Below the pieces are notes generated by a model that was not told the origin of the DNA, did not search any database, and saw only the letters and a program-made list of their open reading frames with translations. From a virus (lineage: Duplodnaviria; Heunggongvirae; Uroviricota; Caudoviricetes): a DNA stretch of 64,000 nt. Position numbers and translations under genes: made by a program. The stretch lies in IMG/VR virus record IMGVR_UViG_3300027710_001079, positions 833 through 64,832 of that record. One strand, written 5' to 3'. Numbering within the stretch: the stretch's first letter is position 1; every line of letters begins with the position of its first letter. This document shows, piece by piece, positions 55,357 to 64,000 of this stretch.

Positions 55357-58300
55357 TTATTGCTTTCGAACAGTTTTAAAATTGCCAGCGTCATTTCGAG
55401 TTCGTATGCTTCGCCAATTGGCACACACTTATCTTTACCATTCTTAGTACCTGCGTACTTATAACCTTTCCAACAGGCTTTTCCGTCTGCACCTTTTTTC
55501 TTATCAGTCTCGCCTACTAATTTATGTGTAGGTTGTTCTTTAGGTGCTGTACCTTTTAACTGGCCTTGTGATCCTAGTTTGTTTTTATTACTACCTGCAA
55601 ATTTGTTTGCAGACATCATTGCTTCATTCTTCTTAGCTATGTTTCTGCCTTTTAAATGTTCTTCACGACGTTTGTCACCAGCAGCACGTAGTTTGGCCGT
55701 AGCACCATCTTTAGGATTAGTTAATCTACTGGCAACCTGTGCCATTGCGGAACTATTATCTTCCCCTACCTTCTTTTCATCATTAGCAAACTGTTTCTTA
55801 GTTGCCTTAACAATGCCGCTAAAACGTTTGTTGCCTTTGGCATAGTCGCCTGCTTTATCGGCAGCACTGGCTTGGGCACCTGCGGCTGTTTTATATTGTG
55901 CTAATTTTTCGTTGGATAGCTCTGACACAATCTGCCTTAAGTTGTTAACAGCAACGCTTTCGCTAATCTTTGGATCCCTGCCCATTTCTTTTTGGCTCAA
56001 CAAATAATCCCAAACACTAACTAGCATCATTTCTGCTTTGGCAATCTTTTCTTGTCCCCATTCTGGTAGGTTGTCATTACTCTTAATAGTTTTTAATAAG
56101 CCGTCGACTGCACGAGCCATTGTGCGTAGATTACTCTGTGCCATTCCTGCTTCGTCGTCGTACTCGCCGTCGAAGTTTTCGTTCTTAGCCTTTGCTTTGC
56201 CTGCTTTCATATTTGCCATCCAATGTGCTAATTGTCCTTTACGTCCGCCTTGTTTAGCTACTTTACGTAGATTACTGACTGACGATTTTGTGGGAACTCC
56301 GTGACGCTTACTGTCGCCCTTGTCTTGTGGGTTGCGACCGTCTGCAAAGTTTTCATTTAACATCAGTGCGTTAAACAATCTCATTTCACCTAGTGCAGGT
56401 TGTTCAACTGGCTGTGGTGCAGGTTGAACAGCAGGCTTCTTAACTGCTGGTTTTAATTGAGGCGTACTCATACCAGTCTTTGACACATCCATTAGATGTT
56501 TGATCCATTGTGAAGGTAGTGGCTTTGCACCATCTTGCCCGCCATTAAATGCATCATTCCACATTTGAAATGCCTGTTGTTCATCTCCAGTTTTTAACAC
56601 ATTGCGTAGCTTAGTAAAGCTCATGCCAGTGCCTCTAGGAGTAACTTCTAACTGAACTTTAACATGCTCATATCCGGGAAACTTATTAACTGCTTTCATC
56701 AAAGCCTGTGCAATAGGCATCTTGGCCTGATCTTCACCTACCATAATAACAACATTATCGTAACGTGGAGGTTTACCCGGCAACGGATTAATCAGCTCGT
56801 GCTTGATCTTCTGCATCAAAGATCCGCCTTCTTGAGTTACAGCACCAATGTTGGCTGCATACTCTGGATACAGTTGTTTCCAAGTTTTAATTTTATCTGC
56901 AACAGGAATAGGATCATCTACACCTACAGCATTACCCATAAACAAGTATGGATCTCCACTGACTTCTTTCGCCTTATTAATTGTAAGACCGAATAATTGT
57001 TGATGACCTTTGTGTCCTACAAAACTGCCAATGGCTACTACCGCAGTTTTATTTCCTGTACGTGGTTGTTCTGTACGTGCTGCTGCTTTAGCTGCCTGCT
57101 TGTCTGCAATAATTTTCTTTTGCTGTGAGCTAGTAACTTTGATAGGTCCTAGACGACTATTGATAACAATGCCTTCGTAGTCTTGTCCTAACAAGTCCTT
57201 GCCTAATATATTAGGATCTTCTTGAATTGCTTTTTCTAATGCTAATGCCACAGGTGCTAATATTTCTTTAGCTTCTCGCTTTTGTGCAAGTTTACCGCTG
57301 GCTAACATTGCTTTAATTTGTTCAATGTTTTCAACTGGGGGAACTATTGCAGTAACGTCTAGTCCTTCTTTTTGTGTTAATGAATTATCAATAAACATAA
57401 CACTGCCTTGCTTGCCTAATCCTGTTAGTTGTTTAACAACAGATTGTGCATCGCCTAAGTCTTCTCCAGATGTTGCATCAACAACACGGAAGGGAACTAG
57501 TGCCAATTGAATTCCTTGTGGTAACTTGTCGTAATGTATACCTACAAATTTTAATTTGCCTTCTGGAGTTTCTGTTGCAAATGGTAAGAACAGCACTTCG
57601 CAAGTGACCTGCTTATTGACTAGAAATTCTGGACCTAATTTGCTATCAACTAATTTGATAGCGTTCATCATTTCCATGAACAGCTTGTCAAAGTTTTGAG
57701 CCCGACCTAGAATCTCAGGATCAGTTGTTCCCTTTTCTTGATGGTACTTAACAAAGCTAGGTGCATACCTTGGGGGAGTATTACTAGTAGCCATAAATGG
57801 CTTGCCGTCTGCATCCTTACCAAAGCGTCCACCGAAACCATCTACTTTAACGTTTAATGGAATGTTTTGTAGTTTAAAATTGCCATTACCGTCATGAATT
57901 TCGTCAATTAGATCTAATAAGTCAACTGGCTTTAGATCACGCAGGTGCGGCATATTCTTACGGAACTGTGCCTTAACTTCTTCTGCTTCCTGCAAACTTT
58001 CGGCAGTTACTTTATAAGCTGCTTTATATTGTTGCTTCATTTGTTCAAGGTCGCCTGGTGCTTGAACACCTAATTTATTAATCATAAGATCTAACGCAGC
58101 AGATTTTTCTGCACTATCACGTTCTGGATCTCCTTTGTAAAGGCCCTGAGCACCTTTGCCAAATATTTTATCAACAAATGCTGACAACACTGACTGCTTT
58201 TCTTCTGGAGTAACTAGAGTGTTCATTGCATCTAGTAAACCGGTAAAGCTCCAATACTTACTTTCTAACTGTGCTGCCTGTTTAGGATTCAATCTAGAAC

Positions 58301-59165
58301 CAAAGATAGATCCAAAAATCTTTCCAATATCCTGTTCGTAGCCTGTTGCAGGTAATGCCTGCATAACCGGCATGCCGTTGCTGACTATAGGCTGACCATC
58401 TGCTCCTAATACTGGTTCGTATTTGGCACGTAGACCACCACCTTCTTTGCTAGATACTGCAAAGCTGACCATGTTATCAGTTGTAGGCACATCTTGTATT
58501 TCTTTTGCTTTGCCCCGGCCTACTGATTTGCGTAGTAAGAAATCTTTTCTACTTAATGATGCTAGACTTTGAATTAAGAACTTGTGGAATACACCCTTAA
58601 CTCCTGCGTTCAGATCATCCCAGCTACTGCTGTGACTAAATTTACTCCACGGAGTTGGCTCGTCCTTTTCAAATGCTACAAACTCTAAGTCAATTTGTAC
58701 TTTAATAGGAGGATCTTGTAGTTCCCATAGACTAGAGAACTGCTCGTTACCACGTTGGAAACCTAAGAACTTAGCATTGCCTACCATCTTACCTTGACTG
58801 GTAGATAACCATTGTTCTAGTTCTTGTTCGTTTTCTTTATTGACTTGTGTGTCAATGTCGCCAACTTTAGGCTTCTTCTCCACAAATTGTTGATCGGTAA
58901 TACCCTTGGTATTGAAGAAGTGTAGACTACTTCCGCTTAGAAATTGTTTACTTTGTAGTAGTTGCGGATTCCACAAAGGCTTTTTGTATTTTTTTGCAAA
59001 AGAATTGTTGATATTAAGCAACAAGGTATCTAAAATTGGTACAATATAGGAACGATTATGTACTTTAAGATCAATTTGTTGTGCTTCGTGTCCGCCAGGT
59101 AGCGATAAATTGCCGCCTTCTGAAACAACTTTCTTTCTATTACTAAACAGCTCATTTAAATTCAT
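55353..59165 (-). CDS. multidomain protein: pol-beta-like NTase + ligase-like nucleotidyltransferase + HxGH cytidyltransferase-like domain + processed C-terminal modules
   Basis: SGSS...GDIDTQV; NVKVDG...YEGIVI...IKV; IGSFVGHKGH...MSFTKLR. Confidence 0.6.
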   Translation of the reverse strand: MNLNELFSNRKKVVSEGGNLSLPGGHEAQQIDLKVHNRSYIVPILDTLLLNINNSFAKKYKKPLWNPQLLQSKQFLSGSSLHFFNTKGITDQQFVEKKPKVGDIDTQVNKENEQELEQWLSTSQGKMVGNAKFLGFQRGNEQFSSLWELQDPPIKVQIDLEFVAFEKDEPTPWSKFSHSSSWDDLNAGVKGVFHKFLIQSLASLSRKDFLLRKSVGRGKAKEIQDVPTTDNMVSFAVSSKEGGGLRAKYEPVLGADGQPIVSNGMPVMQALPATGYEQDIGKIFGSIFGSRLNPKQAAQLESKYWSFTGLLDAMNTLVTPEEKQSVLSAFVDKIFGKGAQGLYKGDPERDSAEKSAALDLMINKLGVQAPGDLEQMKQQYKAAYKVTAESLQEAEEVKAQFRKNMPHLRDLKPVDLLDLIDEIHDGNGNFKLQNIPLNVKVDGFGGRFGKDADGKPFMATSNTPPRYAPSFVKYHQEKGTTDPEILGRAQNFDKLFMEMMNAIKLVDSKLGPEFLVNKQVTCEVLFLPFATETPEGKLKFVGIHYDKLPQGIQLALVPFRVVDATSGEDLGDAQSVVKQLTGLGKQGSVMFIDNSLTQKEGLDVTAIVPPVENIEQIKAMLASGKLAQKREAKEILAPVALALEKAIQEDPNILGKDLLGQDYEGIVINSRLGPIKVTSSQQKKIIADKQAAKAAARTEQPRTGNKTAVVAIGSFVGHKGHQQLFGLTINKAKEVSGDPYLFMGNAVGVDDPIPVADKIKTWKQLYPEYAANIGAVTQEGGSLMQKIKHELINPLPGKPPRYDNVVIMVGEDQAKMPIAQALMKAVNKFPGYEHVKVQLEVTPRGTGMSFTKLRNVLKTGDEQQAFQMWNDAFNGGQDGAKPLPSQWIKHLMDVSKTGMSTPQLKPAVKKPAVQPAPQPVEQPALGEMRLFNALMLNENFADGRNPQDKGDSKRHGVPTKSSVSNLRKVAKQGGRKGQLAHWMANMKAGKAKAKNENFDGEYDDEAGMAQSNLRTMARAVDGLLKTIKSNDNLPEWGQEKIAKAEMMLVSVWDYLLSQKEMGRDPKISESVAVNNLRQIVSELSNEKLAQYKTAAGAQASAADKAGDYAKGNKRFSGIVKATKKQFANDEKKVGEDNSSAMAQVASRLTNPKDGATAKLRAAGDKRREEHLKGRNIAKKNEAMMSANKFAGSNKNKLGSQGQLKGTAPKEQPTHKLVGETDKKKGADGKACWKGYKYAGTKNGKDKCVPIGEAYELEMTLAILKLFESNK

Positions 59166-59166
59166 T

Positions 59167-59541
59167 TTATTTTCCTAACTGATACATGCCTTTGAGGATG
59201 TCGCCGTTGTAGTGTTCTGATAATCGAGTGCATAAAGATTCTCTAAACTCTTTGGAAAATAATTTTTTAGGATCTTCTTTAAGATCAAATCTATGATAAA
59301 ATTTCATGCAGCCTTTATTGGCCAACGGCATCCAAACTTCCGGAGTATGCTCGGCAGTGGGTTTGTTTCCGATTTCTTCCGCAATCGGGAAGAAGACCTT
59401 TTTATGCAAATTGTCGTCATTTATGATATATTCTAATATATCTTCTAACATCTGTGTTTCTTGAAGCTTGTCGTTTTCTTCATTTTTTGACAGCTTGTCG
59501 TTTTTGATGTTTAATCGTCCAAAGAATTCATTTAATAGCAT
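59167..59541 (-). CDS. hypothetical protein, possible head-internal
   Basis: 124 aa; N-terminus MLLNEFF; TAAATA upstream. Confidence 0.65.
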   Translation of the reverse strand: MLLNEFFGRLNIKNDKLSKNEENDKLQETQMLEDILEYIINDDNLHKKVFFPIAEEIGNKPTAEHTPEVWMPLANKGCMKFYHRFDLKEDPKKLFSKEFRESLCTRLSEHYNGDILKGMYQLGK

Positions 59542-59612
59542 AAGTTTATAGGCCCTAATATAACCAATAGAGAGGCTAACGCTCTAGTAGAGTATTTAGC
59601 TGAAATGTTTGC

Positions 59613-60062
59613 TTAGTAATTGTAGCTGACTGCGGTCACAGCACCGGAATTTACAGCAAGTATTGCACGTAACCATGCAAATTGCCCTGTAAAATTAAGG
59701 TGTTCTGTGCGAATAGGGCCTTCAATAGCACCTACTCTAGCTGGAGGGATATACCCTGGGCTGTCTGTAGTATAGACAAACTCTGCATTGTCTATATCGA
59801 ACCAATCTGCTTCTGCTGGGCTTACTGCTAGTGTGGCTTGAATAGTAGCGGTTCCTACAAACGTAGGAGTTGTATTCACTATAAGCGTGTGTAAACCTGA
59901 AGTAGTTCCGTAGTACCCGGCTCCGTGTTCTGGGATACTGGTAAAAACTTGAGTACCAGTAGTTCCGATAGGATAAAGGGGATATGCAACTGCCACACTG
60001 GTGCCAGTTGATCCTATTCCTGTATATACGGTGAATTTAAAACTCTTACTTAGTGATGGCAT
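59613..60062 (-). CDS. hypothetical beta-rich protein, likely virion-associated
   Basis: 149 aa; GYYG...GLHT...IQATLA..P...DWFDI...NFTGQFAWLRA; TAAATA upstream. Confidence 0.6.
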   Translation of the reverse strand: MPSLSKSFKFTVYTGIGSTGTSVAVAYPLYPIGTTGTQVFTSIPEHGAGYYGTTSGLHTLIVNTTPTFVGTATIQATLAVSPAEADWFDIDNAEFVYTTDSPGYIPPARVGAIEGPIRTEHLNFTGQFAWLRAILAVNSGAVTAVSYNY

Positions 60063-60083
60063 ATTACGGCTCTAAAGCTATAT

Positions 60084-60767
60084 TTAGCCCTTAACTAATG
60101 TATCTCGAGGTATGTATTCGTACACTTTGCGGATGTTGTTGCCTAAGAACAAATGAGTCATGGTCAACATCTTACTGTCCTTAACGTAAAAGAACGGATC
60201 TTGTTTATACGAGTATCGTCCAGTCATCCATTCTTCAGTAGTTGGGCTAATTTTAATATCGTCACCGTATTTTTTAGCCCATTCGTGGAATTGTAATTTT
60301 ACATTAGATGCAACATTCCGCATGACAACTTTATAAACATACTTTTCATGAGGTATGACATCACACAATACTCGTTTGTTTTCGTTATCTAACAAAAATG
60401 TTAATTGGTCTGGAGTTTCTGGCTCGTATACTGTCCATAACCACGGAGATAGATCTTTCAAAATACTGTTATAAACTGTAGGATCTTTACAGAAAAGGCA
60501 GAACTTGCTGCCTTCTGCTCTAATCTGAACTTCTTCCTTACGGTCTAAGTAAGACATAACCGCGTTGGTAAATGCACGAAGTTTATCTTTGTCAACTGCA
60601 ATTTTTGAATATCCTAAACTAACAGCTTTACCGTCGCAATAATCTAATACAGGGCCAATGCCGTATCGAACTATTCTACTAGAAGCCGTTACAAGGCATT
60701 CAACCTTGTAAGGCCACTTGTTATAGAATAGCTTATTGACCTTCTGTCGCTTTATCGATTTCAACAT
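60084..60767 (-). CDS. hypothetical phage protein
   Basis: 227-aa ORF; KLFYNKWPYKV. Confidence 0.65.
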   Translation of the reverse strand: MLKSIKRQKVNKLFYNKWPYKVECLVTASSRIVRYGIGPVLDYCDGKAVSLGYSKIAVDKDKLRAFTNAVMSYLDRKEEVQIRAEGSKFCLFCKDPTVYNSILKDLSPWLWTVYEPETPDQLTFLLDNENKRVLCDVIPHEKYVYKVVMRNVASNVKLQFHEWAKKYGDDIKISPTTEEWMTGRYSYKQDPFFYVKDSKMLTMTHLFLGNNIRKVYEYIPRDTLVKG

Positions 60768-63003
60768 TTTCTACTACAGGTAAAATTTCAGGATATGTCA
60801 AAGTAAGATCGTTACCTTTAACACCTACTTCAACTACTCCTCCGTTTACTAATCGACCGAATAAGATTTCCTTACTTAGCGGCTTTTTAATCATATCATC
60901 AATTGTACGTTGTAGTGGACGAGCACCCATCTTACGATTGAATCCTTTCTTAATTAACAATTCGGCAGCATCAGCAGTCAGCTTAACAGCAACATTCTTA
61001 TCTTTCAACAATCCATTCAGTTCGTCAACAAACTTCTTGACAATCTTTGCCATAGTGTTGTGATCTAGTTTACCGAACTTGATAATGCCGTCTAATCGAT
61101 TGCGGAATTCTGGCTTGAAGAAACTGTTAATAGCACCGTCAGTTTCGTCTCCACGCTCTAAGCTACCAAAGCCCACTGCATTGCGATCATTGTCAGCAGC
61201 ACCTAAGTTACTGGTAAGGATAAGGATAGCATTGCGGCCGTCCGCCTTCTTGCCGTTAGATCCAGTAACATAACCGTTATCCATCATTTGTAGCAGTACA
61301 TTGGCAACATCCGGATGTGCTTTTTCAATCTCATCAAACAACAAGATAGCATTTGGGTGCTCTTGCAGTTTAGTAATCAACATACCTGCATTGTCTTCAA
61401 AACCAACATATCCAGGAGGGGCACCGATAAACTTAGCAACTGAGTGTTTCTCTTGGAATTCACTCATATCAAAGCGAACTAGTTCTACTCCCATACTTGC
61501 AGCCAATACTTTAGCAGTCTCAGTCTTACCTACACCTGTTGGACCTGTAAATAGGAAACTACCTACTGGCTTGTTCAAGCTCTTCAAGCCTGCTTGTGCA
61601 ATAAAGATTTTATCTAACAAGATTTCGATAGCAGTTTCTTGACCAAACACTTTGTTACGCATGTTCTTGTCGAGATCTTTAAGATTCTTGTTTTCTTTTT
61701 GTGCAATTTGATCTAGCGGCAAACCAGTCAGTTTACTGACTTCAAACAAAATTTCATCGTGATCGACAATACCTTGTTCTTCGTCTCGTACTTTAAATCT
61801 AGCACACGCACAATCAATTAGGTCAATTGCTTTATCTGGTAATTTCTTATCAGTCATGTACTTGATAGAATACTTTACGCTATCAATTACTGCTTGATTA
61901 GTGATCTTAACACCGTGATGTTGTTCATAATACTTTTTAAGACCTTTGATAATCTTAATAGCGGTAGCTTCATCTGGCTCGTTTACTACAACACGTTGGA
62001 ATCGACGCATTAGGGCACGATCCTTTTCAAAGTGTTTGCGGAACTCTTCCCATGTAGTTGATGCTACGACTTTGATAGTACCTTTGCCTAACGCTGGCTT
62101 GAGCATATTAGCCATGTCATTAGATCCACCGCTTGCTGATCCAGCACCGTTCATCATGTGTGCTTCGTCAATGAACAAGATACAGTTCTTTTTCTTTTCA
62201 AGTGCAGTAATTACCATCTTTAGGCGTTCTTCAAAGTCGCCTCGATATTTGCTACCTGCTAGCAAAGCACTGATATCTAAACTGTAAACTGTGTGCCCTT
62301 GAATAAACTTAGGAACCTTGCCTTCTTCAATCTTACGTGCTAGACCTTCTGCAATAGCAGTCTTACCTACACCCGGATCACCGATCAGCATGACATTTGA
62401 TTTTTGACGGCGTGCTAGTGCAAGTTGAATTTCTTCAATTTCTTTCTCACGTCCAATAACTGGATCAATCTTTTTCTGTTTAACTCTATTGGTTAAGTTT
62501 GCACAGTACTGAACAATCATCTTTTCTAGTTGATTGCCACCTACTTCACTAGCTTCACCGTCTTCGTTCAATGCACTGTTATTCAGGAATTCGATAAACT
62601 TGTCTTTATCGATTTTAGCCTTACGTAGGAAGAAGTTAGCAAAGCTCTTCTTTTCGCTAAAAATACTAATGAAGCAGTCAACTGGTTCAATTACTGTACG
62701 CCCGCCAAACAATACTTGTGTAAAAGCACGATTCAACATACGTTCTACAGTGTTTGTTTTCTTTGGGCGATAATTTTCTTTGTCGGTTTTAATGTCGTTA
62801 AGATCATCTCGAATAAATTTTTCGAGGCTCTTCTTTAGCAGTTCGACTTCGGCACCAAACTCTTTCAGCATCCCTTTGAACTTTTCATCAGTTACCATAC
62901 TGTACAAAAAGTGTTCCAGCGTGATATACTCATGTTTATGTTTGGCAGCAACCTCAATTGCACGTTCAAACATTCCTTCGAGATCGTTATTTGGTTCCAG
63001 CAT
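60733..63003 (-). CDS. clpA: ClpA-type AAA+ unfoldase
   Basis: Clp N-domain (HEYITLEHFL), two NBDs (GDPGVGKT, GPTGVGKT), KYRGDFEER, GAPPGYVG, VGF loop, GARPL; no ClpB middle domain. Confidence 0.92.
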   Translation of the reverse strand: MLEPNNDLEGMFERAIEVAAKHKHEYITLEHFLYSMVTDEKFKGMLKEFGAEVELLKKSLEKFIRDDLNDIKTDKENYRPKKTNTVERMLNRAFTQVLFGGRTVIEPVDCFISIFSEKKSFANFFLRKAKIDKDKFIEFLNNSALNEDGEASEVGGNQLEKMIVQYCANLTNRVKQKKIDPVIGREKEIEEIQLALARRQKSNVMLIGDPGVGKTAIAEGLARKIEEGKVPKFIQGHTVYSLDISALLAGSKYRGDFEERLKMVITALEKKKNCILFIDEAHMMNGAGSASGGSNDMANMLKPALGKGTIKVVASTTWEEFRKHFEKDRALMRRFQRVVVNEPDEATAIKIIKGLKKYYEQHHGVKITNQAVIDSVKYSIKYMTDKKLPDKAIDLIDCACARFKVRDEEQGIVDHDEILFEVSKLTGLPLDQIAQKENKNLKDLDKNMRNKVFGQETAIEILLDKIFIAQAGLKSLNKPVGSFLFTGPTGVGKTETAKVLAASMGVELVRFDMSEFQEKHSVAKFIGAPPGYVGFEDNAGMLITKLQEHPNAILLFDEIEKAHPDVANVLLQMMDNGYVTGSNGKKADGRNAILILTSNLGAADNDRNAVGFGSLERGDETDGAINSFFKPEFRNRLDGIIKFGKLDHNTMAKIVKKFVDELNGLLKDKNVAVKLTADAAELLIKKGFNRKMGARPLQRTIDDMIKKPLSKEILFGRLVNGGVVEVGVKGNDLTLTYPEILPVVENVEIDKATEGQ

Positions 63004-63503
63004 TACTTGTATTTCCTTTTGATTGATTTCTTAACCGCCAATGCCCACTTAAGAGCACTTGTTCTATTTTGAAATGTGATTCCTTCTAGATGATCAAATT
63101 CATGTAGAAAGCATCGGCATTCGTAACCAAAAAATTCAGCTTCTTGGGTTTCACCTTTTGAGTTTTGAAACCTAACAAGAATTCCTCTTGGTCTTTTTAT
63201 TTTAGCATAAATGTTAGGAAAACTCAAGCATCCTTCCTCTTCTTCGAGCAAGTCGTCTGTTACTCCTGCGATAATTGGATTGAAAAATGCCTGTGCATGA
63301 TCTCGATATTTCTGATGTCCCATGACAAACATGCGAGTTCTAACACCTATTTGATTAGCAGATAATCCAATGCCGCCATTGGCAAGCATAGTTTCGATCA
63401 TGTCTTTCTCGAGTTGAACAGGATCAGTTAGTGGGTTTTCAAAATCAAATTCTGGCATTCTTTCAGCCAATATTGGGTCTGGATTTTTTATAATTGTTAA
63501 CAT
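63003..63503 (-). CDS. def: peptide deformylase
   Basis: GIGLSANQIG, EGCLS, HEFDHLEG. Confidence 0.95.
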   Translation of the reverse strand: MLTIIKNPDPILAERMPEFDFENPLTDPVQLEKDMIETMLANGGIGLSANQIGVRTRMFVMGHQKYRDHAQAFFNPIIAGVTDDLLEEEEGCLSFPNIYAKIKRPRGILVRFQNSKGETQEAEFFGYECRCFLHEFDHLEGITFQNRTSALKWALAVKKSIKRKYK

Positions 63504-63511
63504 AATAATAT

Positions 63512-64000
63512 TTAAGATGCAATTGACCTTAGCGTATTTTTTTGATACTCTGTAAGATTGTTTGGAACAGATACCTTAATAAGTATCATATGATTTCCTT
63601 TAATGCCGGGATTGTTCATTACAGGCATTCCGTAACCTTGTATGCGTAAGAAAGAGTCTGGTTGAGTTCCTTCTTTTATTTGAACAGTTAGTTTATCACC
63701 ACTGATTGTACTTACTTCAAGATCTTTACCTAGCATTGCATCCCAAGCTGTGATATTAATCTGTTCGATAAGATCATTGCCGTTTCTTTGAAACCTTGAA
63801 TGAGGGCGAATTCGTACTGACAACATTGCATCCCCAGGTGGAGCCCCTACAAATGAATTATCTCCTGCACCGGCAATTCTTAACACTACTCCGTCATTAA
63901 TGCCAGCGGGGATTTTAACTTCAAATGTTCTTTCTTGATAATTGCCTAAACGATAGCTGGCAATGATTTCTTTACCAGCAAATGCTTCCTCTAGGCTAAT
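63512..64000 (-). CDS. DnaJ/CbpA-like chaperone, C-terminal part (start outside window)
   Basis: Frame open to the window edge: ISLEEAFAGK...VKIPAGI.DG..LRIAG.G...PPGD...HSRFQRNGNDL...GTQP...LRIQGYGMP...G. Confidence 0.88.
   Translation of the reverse strand: MSLEEAFAGKEIIASYRLGNYQERTFEVKIPAGINDGVVLRIAGAGDNSFVGAPPGDAMLSVRIRPHSRFQRNGNDLIEQINITAWDAMLGKDLEVSTISGDKLTVQIKEGTQPDSFLRIQGYGMPVMNNPGIKGNHMILIKVSVPNNLTEYQKNTLRSIAS

Noticed and set aside
59545-59600. TAGAG/CTCTA inverted repeat in the intergenic gap as an ncRNA or riboswitch
   Set aside because: Only a 5-bp stem and no recognisable family; possibly just a leader hairpin.
34415-63365. Short + strand and alternate-frame ORFs within the - strand arm (e.g. 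35614..36084, 46627..47007, 61301..61642)
   Set aside because: They overlap well-supported genes and look like antisense shadows.

Overview
This window is a 64-kb, AT-rich, gene-dense fragment of a large T4-like (probably jumbo) myovirus genome. It is read in the standard code, and I saw no tRNA, rRNA, CRISPR array or intron. Left arm (1-33196, + strand) is a tail/baseplate module: a 5'-truncated hub-like gene, a gp5-like spike with a C-terminal GH19 lysozyme, gp25, gp6, a 4773-aa wedge/adhesin protein, a collagen-like fibre ending in a cupredoxin-like domain, and four paralogous fibre proteins. It converges on a bidirectional terminator at ~33200. Right arm (33219-64000, - strand) carries a MoxR AAA ATPase + VWA/metallopeptidase pair, RNase H, a sliding clamp, a family-B DNA polymerase, a DsbA/GapR-like protein, a block of probable head-internal proteins with T4-like capsid-targeting N-termini, and ClpA, peptide deformylase and DnaJ. 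The head block includes a 1270-aa pol-beta NTase / ligase-like / HxGH nucleotidyltransferase fusion. The best candidate for an undescribed system is a 7-deazaguanine DNA-modification cluster (queE, folE, QueD/DpdL-like T-fold, DpdA/TGT-like). It has a GT-B glycosyltransferase resembling queuosine mannosyltransferase (GTDC1/QTMAN) and an NDP-sugar dehydrogenase inserted into it, suggesting glycosylated deazaguanine in phage DNA. Regulatory signals visible in the DNA include near-consensus sigma70 promoters, a recurrent TAAATA late-promoter motif, twin 8-nt-loop hairpins at the DNA polymerase RBS, and an RBS-enclosing hairpin coupled to a late promoter. All calls are from motif recognition by eye; no searches were run.
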